From Octopus sinensis (lineage: Eukaryota): 12,924 nt of DNA. Under the pieces are notes generated by a model. That model ran no database searches. It worked only from the letters and a program-made list of their open reading frames with translations, and was not told the DNA's origin. Location: assembly GCF_006345805.1 (NCBI RefSeq), contig NW_021826309.1, positions 1 to 12,924 of the forward strand, in the 5' to 3' direction. The position numbers were made by a program, and so were the translations under genes. The first letter of the stretch is position 1, and every line of letters starts with the position of its first letter. This document shows positions 1-8,454 of the stretch, piece after piece.

Positions 1-120
1 CACATAGTTTTGGGTTCAGTCCCACTGTGTGACATCTTGAGCAAGATCTTCTACCGTAGCCCTTGTGCCGACCAAAGCCTTGTGAGTGGATTTGGTTGAC
101 AGAAACTGAAAGAACCCGTC
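1..120 (+). mobile_element. 5'/central part of a tRNA-derived SINE (cut by window edge), same family as 11443-11840
   Basis: ggttcagtcccactg..ttgagcaag..gccgaccaaagccttgtgagtggatttggttgacagaaactga aligns with 11497-11602. It contains a B-box-like GGTTCAGTCCC. Confidence 0.85.
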
Positions 121-166
121 ATATATATATAATATAATATATATATATATTATATATATATATATA
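121..166. repeat. (TA)n microsatellite
   Basis: Imperfect TA dinucleotide run. Confidence 0.95.
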
Positions 167-254
167 AATAACAAAGTGAAGTTGTAAGGTACCCTCGCAT
201 GAGTGGAATTATATATGAAAGAAGGTTTGAAAATGCAATTTTAAAAGATGTTTA

Positions 255-302
255 TTTACTTTAACCGGTTTCACTTTTTAGAAAAAGATTGTCAAAAGTA
301 AA
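255..302 (-). ncRNA. Type I hammerhead-like ribozyme, U3-A8 core variant (probably degenerate or non-canonical)
   Basis: Minus strand: stem I UUUACUU(302-296)/AAGUAAA(261-255), 7 bp; core UUGACAA(295-289); stem II CUUUU-UCUA-AAAAG closed by U.U; GAAA(272-269); palindromic ACCGGU stem III; then UA before stem I. Confidence 0.55.
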
Positions 303-515
303 ATGTAAAGCTTTGTATAAGCTTTGTTCTGTTAATTACTGGTTATCATAAAAGTATTAAAATACAGATATACATTCTTTGATAATAATAAGAAAATGTT
401 AAAAACAGTTTACAAGGAAAATTCTTCGGAAAATATAAAAAAGTACATTAACATTTTCTTATTATTATTATCAAAGAATGTATATATGTATTGTAAGTTT
501 TTGTGCCCAATATTT

Positions 516-609
516 CTTACAAAGAATAAAACCTGGGCTCGATTTCGTCGACTAAAGGCGGTGGTCCAGCATGGCTGCAGTCAAATAACTGAAACAACTA
601 TAAAATAAA
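516..609 (+). mobile_element. 3' part and tail of SINE (same family as 11443-11840)
   Basis: cttacaaagaataa..tcgattt..cgactaaaggcggtggtccagcatggctgcagtcaaataactgaaacaa matches 11736-11820. Confidence 0.85.
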
Positions 610-625
610 TATATATATATATATA

Positions 626-670
626 ACGGTGGTGCTCCAGCATGGCCGTAGCCTCCGGGCTGAAACATTT
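626..670 (+). mobile_element. Isolated LINE/SINE 3' tail stem-loop fragment
   Basis: ggtggtgctccagcatggccgtagcctccgggctgaaac has the same motif as 1808-1846 and 11776-11814, and starts directly after a (TA)n tract. Confidence 0.75.
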
Positions 671-700
671 TTAAGGATTTAAGGATATATATATATATAT

Positions 701-950
701 ATATGAATAAAAAATGGAGTTAACGCAGGTGTAAACAAATATTTTTACTTTCGACACATGTTTCGAAAATTCCCTGATACTATTCAAAAGAATAAATGGT
801 ATAAAACATATGCAATCTTCTCCTCAGGAAAGTGAAAAAAAACGAAACCCGTCAATACGACATTTTAGCAAAAATGATGGAATTTTCGAAACATGTGGCG
901 AAGTAAAAATATTTGTTTTACACCTGCGTTACTCCATTTTTTATTCATAT
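701..950. repeat. Long inverted repeat, arms 701-773 and 879-950 (head-to-head PLE-pseudo-LTR-like unit)
   Basis: The reverse complement of 701-773 equals 879-950 except for 1 substitution (GTC/GGC) and 3 single-base indels. The spacer is 105 nt. Confidence 0.95.
742..838 (-). ncRNA. Type I hammerhead ribozyme with canonical core; predicted cleavage after GUC (between 753 and 752)
   Basis: Minus strand: stem I ACUUUC(833-828)/GAAAGU(752-747) plus 4 more U-A pairs after one mismatch; CUGAGGA(827-821); stem II GAAGAUU(820-814)/AAUUUUC(771-765) with a 42-nt loop holding a UAUUC-UUUU-GAAUA hairpin; GAAA(764-761); short quasi-palindromic stem III ACAUGUGU; C17 at 753. Confidence 0.85.
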
Positions 951-1094
951 TATTCAAATATTCAACGTAAATACGAAGTTTCTACCTTTATAAACAAGGA
1001 GTTACAACACCTTTACTTGTGAGATTTTTGCTGCCCTGGTAACTATTTATTTATTTTTCCGTGTTAATTGTTAACAAGGTAAAATACACTCAGA

Positions 1095-1096
<2 letters not shown>

Positions 1097-1130
<34 letters not shown>

Positions 1131-1136
1131 TATATA
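1097..1136. repeat. (TA)n microsatellite
   Basis: TA run. Confidence 0.95.
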
Positions 1137-1232
1137 ATAACAATATTAGGAAATAAATCCAAACTTACGGGAAAAATTAGATTTAGGATTAAATCCAATT
1201 TTATAGTAATAAATATTATATTATATTATATC

Positions 1233-1427
1233 AAATTAGAGATAAAACCACTATTAGGCAAATCAATACATACATATATATATTTTGTATATATAATAAT
1301 TTATAAAATTTATAAGTTTAAATTATTTAAATAATTTTTTAATTTTAACTTTTATATTTCTAAATTAATTATGATTGCTTATGTTTTTCACTTTTTGATT
1401 TGCCTAATCGTGTTTTATCTCTAATTT
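1233..1427. repeat. Inverted repeat, arms 1233-1266 and 1395-1427, within an AT-rich unit flanked by (TA)n on both sides
   Basis: aaattagagataaaaccactattaggcaaatcaa versus the reverse complement of the right arm, aaattagagataaaacacgattaggcaaatcaa. Confidence 0.9.
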
Positions 1428-1435
1428 ATAATATC

Positions 1436-1446
1436 TATATATATAT

Positions 1447-1505
<59 letters not shown>

Positions 1506-1525
1506 ACTATATATATATATATATA
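1436..1525. repeat. (TA)n microsatellite
   Basis: About 90 nt imperfect TA run. Confidence 0.95.
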
Positions 1526-1878
1526 ACGACTCCAATTGCCATCAAGATGTAGGACAAGATACTGTGATAGCCTGGGGTTCATTGGCCCACAGCTCTTCAA
1601 TATCCTCCCGAAGAACCTGAGAGACATGCATGGGGTGGATGCAGATGTCTTTAAAATAAAACTGGATCTCTTCCTGTCAGGTGTCCCAGATGAACCATCT
1701 TCACGGCAAGAGGTGCAGATGAGGGCAGCTGCATCGAACTCTCTCATGCACCAAATGTCAATTGCTAAAAAGCATTCGTGAAGTAAAATCATGTAGCAAC
1801 ACCAAATGGCGGTGCCCCAGCATGGCTACAGCTCGCGAGCTGAAACTAGATAAAATAAAATAAAATAAATAAATAAAT
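1526..1878 (+). mobile_element. 3' end of a CR1/L2/Jockey-group-like LINE (ORF2 C-terminus, 3' UTR stem-loop and (TAAAA)n tail), 5'-truncated
   Basis: ORF 1536-1781 reads GPQLFNILPKNLRD..FKIKLDLFLSGVPDEP..RAAASNSL, typical of the post-RT C-terminus of such LINEs. It is followed by ggcggtgccccagcatggctacagctcgcgagctgaaac and an A-rich tail. Confidence 0.8.
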
Positions 1879-2213
1879 ATATGCATATATATGTGCATTT
1901 GTGTTGTGTACGTATGTGTGTGAGTGGCGTGTGTGTCACTTATCCTCGTTTGGACTTCGGTACTTAAGAGCTGACTGAAACGTTTGTCTTTCAATTAAAT
2001 GTGCTCAAGAGAGAAACATGTACAACTCCAGACGAATTTGGTCGCCATGAGAGAATGACATGAAATACTTCGTTAATCAGTTTTAAAGTTGAGACAAACA
2101 CATTATTTAAAACAACCGTTGTAGCCTTAGAGTACATGTGCGGCGTCGGTGTGTGTATGCCGTGACGTTAGTGTCGCTAACGGCGCTCTGCACCTTGTTC
2201 TCAACTTTCCTTT

Positions 2214-2273
2214 TACTACTACTACCACTACTACTACTACTACTACTACCATCACCACCACCACCACCACTAG

Positions 2274-2306
<33 letters not shown>

Positions 2307-2370
2307 CACCACCACCACCACTACCACCACTACTACTACTACTACCCATCACCACCACCACCACCACTAG

Positions 2371-2403
<33 letters not shown>

Positions 2404-2718
2404 CACCACCACCACTAGCACCACTACTACTACTACTACTACCATCACCACCACCACCACCACTAGTACTACTACTACTATACTACTACTACTACTACTA
2501 CTACTACAATTACTACTACTACCACCACCACACCACCACAACCACGACCACCACTTCCACCACCAAAACCACCACCACCGCCACCACCACTACCACCACC
2601 ACCACTACCACCACCACCACTACTACTACTACTACCTACTACTAACCACCACACCACCACTACCACCACCACCACCACCACCGCCACTACCACCACCACC
2701 ACAACTACCACCACTGCC

Positions 2719-2749
<31 letters not shown>

Positions 2750-2788
2750 GTACTACTACTACTACTACCACCACCACCACCACCGCCG

Positions 2789-2841
<53 letters not shown>
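2214..2841. repeat. Compound (ACT)n/(ACC)n trinucleotide array with a ~96-97-bp higher-order unit
   Basis: The anchor 'catcaccacc..ctagtact' recurs at ~2250, 2347 and 2443. Confidence 0.95.
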
Positions 2842-2844
<3 letters not shown>

Positions 2845-3189
2845 TCCTGTCGTTTTCCCTCCTCCTCCTCCTCCTCCTCTTGCTTCGCCCGTCTCCTCGG
2901 CTCCTTGCTTTTTCCCCTTCATCTCACATTGCGACTCTTTTTGATAAGTTAATATGGATACGCTTACACGTGACCAACTGTGCGCGTGTTCTACCTTCGA
3001 TCGAGCTGAACGACCGCCACTCTCTAAATGACCATCACCACCAACGCCACTACCACCTCCACCACCACCACCACCACCCTCAACACCAGTACCACTATCA
3101 CCAACACTATGTTCTTCCTGCAAACATTATCATGACAACCATCATTAATGGCCGTGTACACCGTCAGCGTTGTTCTCATTATTACTAAT

Positions 3190-3753
3190 TGCACCGCCAT
3201 CTCCACCACGATCTCCGCCTCCTCATCTCCATTACACCCATCACCGCCGATGTCGTTACCATCACCAACATCGCCGTGACCAGCATCACTACCATTATCA
3301 CAGTCACTAATACTCTCACCACCACCACCACCATCACCACCACCACCACCACCACCACCACCACCACCGCCGCCACCACCACCACCACCGCCACCCCCAC
3401 CGCCGCCGCCGCCGCCGCCGCCGCCACATGACGACGACCACTGCTACCATCGCCACTCCCAGTACCACCACCGCCGCCGCCGCCGCCGCCACATGACGAC
3501 GACCACTGCTACCATCGCCACTCCCAGTACCACCACCGCCGCTGCCACACGACGACGACGACCACCAACACCACCAACACCACCACCACCACCACCACCA
3601 CCACCACCACTAACACCACCACTCCCAGTACCACCATCGCCGCCGCCACACGACGACGACCACAACGACCACCACCACCACCAACACCACCACCAGTCCC
3701 GGTATCCACCACCGCCGCTGCCACACGACGACGACAACGACGACGACGACGAC

Positions 3754-3785
<32 letters not shown>

Positions 3786-4160
3786 CGACCACCACCACCA
3801 CCACCACCACCACTCCCAGTATCACCACCGCCGCCGCCACACGACGACGACCACGACCATCACGACCACCACCACCACCACTACCACCACCACTCCCAGT
3901 ACCACCACCGTCGCCGCCACATGACGACGACCACCACCAAAACCACCATCACTACAACCACCACTCCCAGTATCCACCACCACCGCCGCCACACGACGAC
4001 GAAGACGACGACGACCACCACCACCAATACAATCTCCTTCAATATTATCATCCCCCCACACCCACCTCTACCAACGACATCATTAACGATCATTACTACG
4101 GTCAGCCATCACCATCTTCTGCATCTGTATTACCACCACCACCACCACCACCACCACCAC
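3190..4160. repeat. (ACC)/(GCC)/(GAC) low-complexity array including a 7-copy variable-length minisatellite (~3420-3975)
   Basis: The anchor actcccagta (or a variant) occurs at 3455, 3520, 3621, 3695, 3812, 3892 and 3963, with flanking ccgccgccacacgacgacgac. Confidence 0.92.
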
Positions 4161-4438
4161 TTCCCCTAAATACTCATTGCCATTATCATCATATAACATG
4201 AGTTCAAAAGAACCACTCGTTATCAGATTCTATAACAATTTAATTTTATTTGTTTTCAGTCTGACCTGGATCTGTTTAATTTCCGTTGAAGACACCTTCC
4301 AACCGGACGAGAATGGGTTCAAACCAATACTCAATACTCCGTGCCTTGTGTACTCCTATAAAACTCTGGCTCTCTACGTTATCCCAACAAACTAATTATT
4401 CTCTATCTTACATATAAGTGACAGAAATAATGAGTCAT

Positions 4439-4441
<3 letters not shown>

Positions 4442-4471
<30 letters not shown>
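4442..4471. repeat. (TA)n microsatellite at the 5' junction of the PLE
   Basis: Pure TA run directly abutting the first PLE codon. Confidence 0.95.
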
Positions 4472-4474
<3 letters not shown>

Positions 4475-6335
4475 CGGTTCAACTTCTCCAGGCGCCAACG
4501 CCGCCTCAACATCTCCCCGGCTGAGCTCTTGGCTCTTCGTTCCCTCCAACGGCGCGCTGACATTATCATCAAACCGGCTGACAAGGGTGGAGCTGTAGTG
4601 GTGTGGCGCGCGGACCTCTATAGGGCCGAGGCTTTCCGCCAACTCAATGACACCTCCTTCTATTCCCCTCTGCCCTCTAACCCCACACGTAGCTACCAAC
4701 AGACGGTATCCTCTACTGTCCAAGACCTCATCTCGTCCTCCCGTCTCCCCCGCACCGCATCCAACCTATTGTGCGAACCCCACGTACCCCCACCATTTAC
4801 TTCCTCCCCAAAATCCACAAACCCAACAACCCTGGCCGCCCCATCGTCTCCGCCTGAACTGCCCCACGGAGCTCATCTCTAAATACCTCGACCGTGTCCT
4901 TGCCCCCCTAGTGGCATCTCTTCCCTCCCACATCCACGATACCAACCATGCTCTCCGGCTTTTCAACTCTTCTCCTTTCCTCCCGGCTCCTCCAAAATCC
5001 TTTTTACTATGGACATCCAAAGCCTCTATACTGTTATCCCTCACCACGAAGGACTGCAGGCCCTTCGACACTTTCTTGACCTCCGCTCTAACCCTGTACC
5101 TGACACCTCCACACTCATTCGTCTGGCCGAACTTGTCCTTACTCTGAACTGCTTCTCGTTCGCGGCGCGAGTTCTACCATCAGGTCTCGGGAGTGGCCAT
5201 GGGAACGCGAATGGGCCCCAACTATGCGAACCTGTTCGTTGGCTATGTTGAGGCCCAAATATTCTCTAATTTCACTGGTCCCACTCCTGAACTATATGGT
5301 CGTTATATTGACGACATTATCGGTGCCACCTCACTCTCCGCGAACATCTAGATTCCTTCCTCTCTTTCGTCCAATCTTTCCATCCAGCCCTCCACTTCAC
5401 TTCCACTATCTCCAACACCTCTGTCTCCTTCCTCGACATTTCGGTTAGCATTCTTCACTCCACTCTTACCACCTCCATTCACTACAAACACACAGACTCA
5501 CACTCATACCTCAACTTCTCTTCCTCCCACCCAGAACACACCAAGCTTTCCATCCCCTATTCCCAATTCCTCCGTCTACGTAGGCTCTGTAGTGACGACC
5601 ATGACTTTGAGACTCAGTCTCAACGTATGGCTCACCACTTCACCCTACGTGGATACCCCCTCACCACTATCCACACCGCCCTTGCCAGAGCACGGTCCGT
5701 GGACCGTGTATCTGCTCTCTCTCCCCGAACCCGCCCTGTAGTCTCCCGCCTCCCTTTTCCCCTCACTTACCACCCCACGACCCTACGTCTCCAACGCACC
5801 ATTCTTCGAGCTTTCCGTCATCTCCAGTCCGACCCGTCCACTTCACACCTCTTCCCTAACGACCCCTCCCCTCTTTCAAACGAGCCCACAACCTTCGAGA
5901 CCTTTTGGTCCATAGCTCCTTCCCTGACCCTACCTCCCAACCCGGCTCGTTCCCCTGCTCCCGCCCACGTTGCCGCACTTGCCCTTACCTCTCCAACACC
6001 ACCCGCCTCACTAGCACCCACCATCGACCCTATCCCATCATCCACTCCTTCACCTGCACCTCCAGCAATATTATCTATTGCATCTCTTGCTCTCTCTGCA
6101 ATTCCTTGTACATCGGACAAACGGGACGCCGCTTGGCTGACCGGTTCGCGGAACACCTTCGTGACATCCACCTTGCGAACGACACACGGTCTCACGCCAT
6201 TTCCGCTCCACCGGTCACTCCTTGCAACACCTATCTGTGTTCGGTTTGTCCTTACACAGAGGCCATCCGGATTCCCGTTTGCGCCGTGAACAGGAATTAA
6301 TCTTCTCTCTTCGCTCTTATACGCCATTTGGTCTC
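4472..6335 (+). pseudogene. Frameshifted PLE polyprotein: reverse transcriptase + Cys-rich linker + GIY-YIG endonuclease
   Basis: Motifs stitched across frames: DIIIKPADKGGAVVVW; YFLPKIHKPNNPGRPIVS; MDIQSLYTVIP (5009); YHQVSGVAMGTRMGPNYANLF; RYIDDIIG (5301-5324); SFLDISV; YLNFSSSHP; linker CSRPRCRTC; IIYCISCSLCNSLYIGQTGRRLADRFAEH (6070-6156); HF..TGH; RLRREQELIFSLRSYTPFGLN. Confidence 0.95.
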
Positions 6336-6630
6336 AACTCTCCCCCCTCCTCATCTAACCTCCCCCCTCCTCACCTATCCTTTCTCCCCCCCGACCCCTA
6401 CTTCTTCAGTCCTTCATCCTTTCACCCCTACTCCCCTTCCCTTCTTCCCTCTTTCTCCCTCCCTCTTCCCTTCCCTCTGCTCCCTCACTCCCTCTCTCCC
6501 CTTCTCTCTCCCCCTCTCCCCTTCCTTCTCCCCCCATCCTTCCTCTCCCCCCTTCTCCTCCCCCTCTTTTCCTCCCTCTCTCCCCCTCTCTCCCCTCCCC
6601 TTCTTCTCCCTCCCCCTCTTCTCCTCACTA
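6335..6630. repeat. Polypyrimidine (CT-rich) low-complexity tract
   Basis: Almost exclusively C/T on the + strand. Confidence 0.9.
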
Positions 6631-6669
6631 CACCACATGACTTTACACATCACATCACATATGATGTGC

Positions 6670-7010
6670 CATACTAATACACACACCAACTAATACATAC
6701 TAATACGTACTAATACATACTAGTACATACTAATACTTACACCAACCCTATACATACACACGTCCAGACCCCGCATACGCACTTATACTCTCTCACACAC
6801 ACACACACACACCTATACATACCAATACGTACTAATACATACTAATACATACTAATACATACACCAACCCCATACATACGCACGTCCAGACCAATCCTAC
6901 GCACTAATACTCTCTCATACACACACACACACACACACACCCTTATACATACTAATACATACACCAACCCTATACATACACACATCCAGACCCCTCCCAC
7001 GCACTTTTAG
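6670..7010. repeat. Minisatellite of ~100-122-bp units built from ATACATACTA subunits and (CA)n
   Basis: The anchor acaccaaccc..atacatac.cac.tccagacc occurs at 6739, 6861 and 6961. Confidence 0.9.
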
Positions 7011-7178
7011 CTGGTCCCTCAACCCTTTTATCAACCCTATTATCTCCCCTTATTTCGCTCTCGCGTCTCATGTTTGATCTTTGACCTCTGGCCGAAATCA
7101 GATCGCCATGTTGATTCGTTAGCTACTGCACGCATTTTTTTTCTCTCCTTCTTTCTGTGTTTTTTCTCTCTCTGTGTA

Positions 7179-7215
7179 TCTTCTGTTGAAGAGCGTAGGC
7201 TCGAAACGTTAAAGA
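7179..7215 (+). ncRNA. Minimal type I hammerhead-like motif with non-canonical core CUGUUGAA in the PLE 3' end
   Basis: UCUU(7179-82) CUGUUGAA(7183-90) GAGC-GUAG-GCUC(7191-7202) GAAA(7203-06) palindromic ACGU, then UA, then AAGA(7212-15) pairing with UCUU. Confidence 0.6.
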
Positions 7216-7310
7216 CTTTTTTATTTATATTCCTGAGCGCCATACTAATACAATTGTTCGTTTGTTTTCCACCTGCCTTCGTTCTTTGTTTATTTCATAA
7301 AGCTTCCCGT

Positions 7311-7338
7311 TATATATATATATATATTATATATATAT

Positions 7339-7404
<66 letters not shown>
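7311..7404. repeat. (TA)n microsatellite at the 3' junction of the PLE
   Basis: About 94 nt TA run. Confidence 0.95.
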
Positions 7405-7406
<2 letters not shown>

Positions 7407-7886
7407 ATGGATGTAATAATGGATCGTTAGGTCAATGAATCATTTGTAACGAGGTGTATCTATTAATGGATCGTTAGTCTATAATCGTAGTAGGATTTCA
7501 AAATAGCTCTGCACGCCAGTGTGAATTTTCAATTACATATAGCTAATTCTAGATATGGTAATTGTGAATCATATCTTAACTCAATACCTATTTAGATGCT
7601 TGTGAACCAAGTTGTTCGCAGCTAAATGATCAAGTACACAACATAGATGTAGTGTTGGATTATAAACGTTAATTCAAAAGTCCAAAAGCAGAAACTGTAC
7701 CCAAGAGAGGCTAGTTTAAAAATATATAATTTCTTTTGAAGTAAAACAATTCCAAGTGTTTTAGCTAGGAGAGGATTTGGGATGTGGTAAGATACAAGCT
7801 ATTCATAAAGTCTATTTTGTCCTGAACTTGGTGCATTTTATATAAAAGAGTAAATTATACTTCAGTTCAGCAAGATAGGGGTCTGA

Positions 7887-8454
7887 AACCCCTATCTTGC
7901 CCAGAATATTAATCGTCTGGAAGCCGTTCAGCGACGTGCAACCAAGAGAATACTCTCCATCAAGCATTTGCCATATTCTGAACGCCTTGCTTCCCTGGGC
8001 ATGGACACATTGAAACTCCGACGTCTGGCAGCTGACTTGGCAGACACCCATAAAATTATTAACCATCTTACAAACAATAACTCTGAGCACCTTTCAAACT
8101 CCATCTGTCTAACACCCGTGGACATGTTTACAAAGTCAGGAAGAACACATCAAGCCTCCCATGACTTTCGGAAACATTTTTTTCACGCTAAGAGTTGCTG
8201 AAGCATGGAACAGACTGCAGGCATCAGTTGTTAGTTGTCGGAGCACAGCATCCTTCAAAACTTCCATGCTTCCTGAGATTCGCCAACACTACACCTGATT
8301 TTTCTCCCTCCATACACACGCAAGCATGTATCTGACTCATACACTGTTCACTTCCAGACATTTGTACATTACTGCATATGCTTTATACGCACTTTTGACA
8401 AGTTGTGGTGCACCTGAGCACTGTATACAATAATTTCATTATTATTATTATTAT
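7887..8454 (+). mobile_element. 3' fragment of a CR1-like LINE (ORF2 C-terminus, 3' UTR, (ATT)n tail), frameshifted
   Basis: NPYLAQNINRLEAVQRRATKRI..LPYSERLASLGMDTLKLRRLAADL..NTRGHVYKV..FF.LRVAEAWNRL, stop at 8296-8298, (att)n at 8438-8454. LE.VQRRATK, TRGH and RV..WN.L are classic CR1 C-terminal motifs. Confidence 0.9.

Larger units (their letters stand above)
4472..7311 (+). mobile_element. Penelope-like retroelement (Neptune-type), 5'-truncated, with a long simple-repeat 3' region ending in an HHR-bearing pseudo-LTR-like segment
   Basis: RT+GIY-YIG ORF at 4472-~6335, then a CT-rich tract, a minisatellite, an HHR-like fold at 7179-7215, and (TA)n on both flanks. The 3' boundary is inferred. 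Confidence 0.75.

Noticed and set aside
701-950. Tc1/mariner-type MITE interpretation of the inverted repeat
   Set aside because: Not excluded, but the repeat boundary falls inside a hammerhead whose other half occupies the spacer, which fits an inverted PLE pseudo-LTR better.
966-1010. Minus-strand GAAAC-UUC-GUA with a possible GUAAA/UUUAC stem I
   Set aside because: There is no recognisable CUGANGA core and only a weak stem II, so it is compatible with chance in AT-rich DNA.
396-1022. Short AT-rich ORFs 396-608 and 810-1022
   Set aside because: They run across SINE-tail and inverted-repeat sequence and show no protein-like motifs.
1955-2030. GAAACGUUUGUC and GAAACAUGUA motifs preceded by CUUAAGA/CUCAAGA
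   Set aside because: The cores are mutated at invariant G5, and stems I and II cannot be formed.
3420-3975. CRISPR-like repeat/spacer appearance
   Set aside because: The 'spacers' are homologous microsatellites rather than unique sequence, the context is eukaryotic, and there are no cas genes.
2107-4169. Many poly-T/V/P/H/G ORFs on both strands
   Set aside because: They are translations of trinucleotide arrays, open in several frames and on both strands, and the unit lengths break frame.
4403-6693. Minus-strand and off-frame ORFs overlapping the PLE and the CT tract
   Set aside because: These are antisense or alternative frames of the C-rich RT-EN sequence and low-complexity DNA, with no independent motifs.
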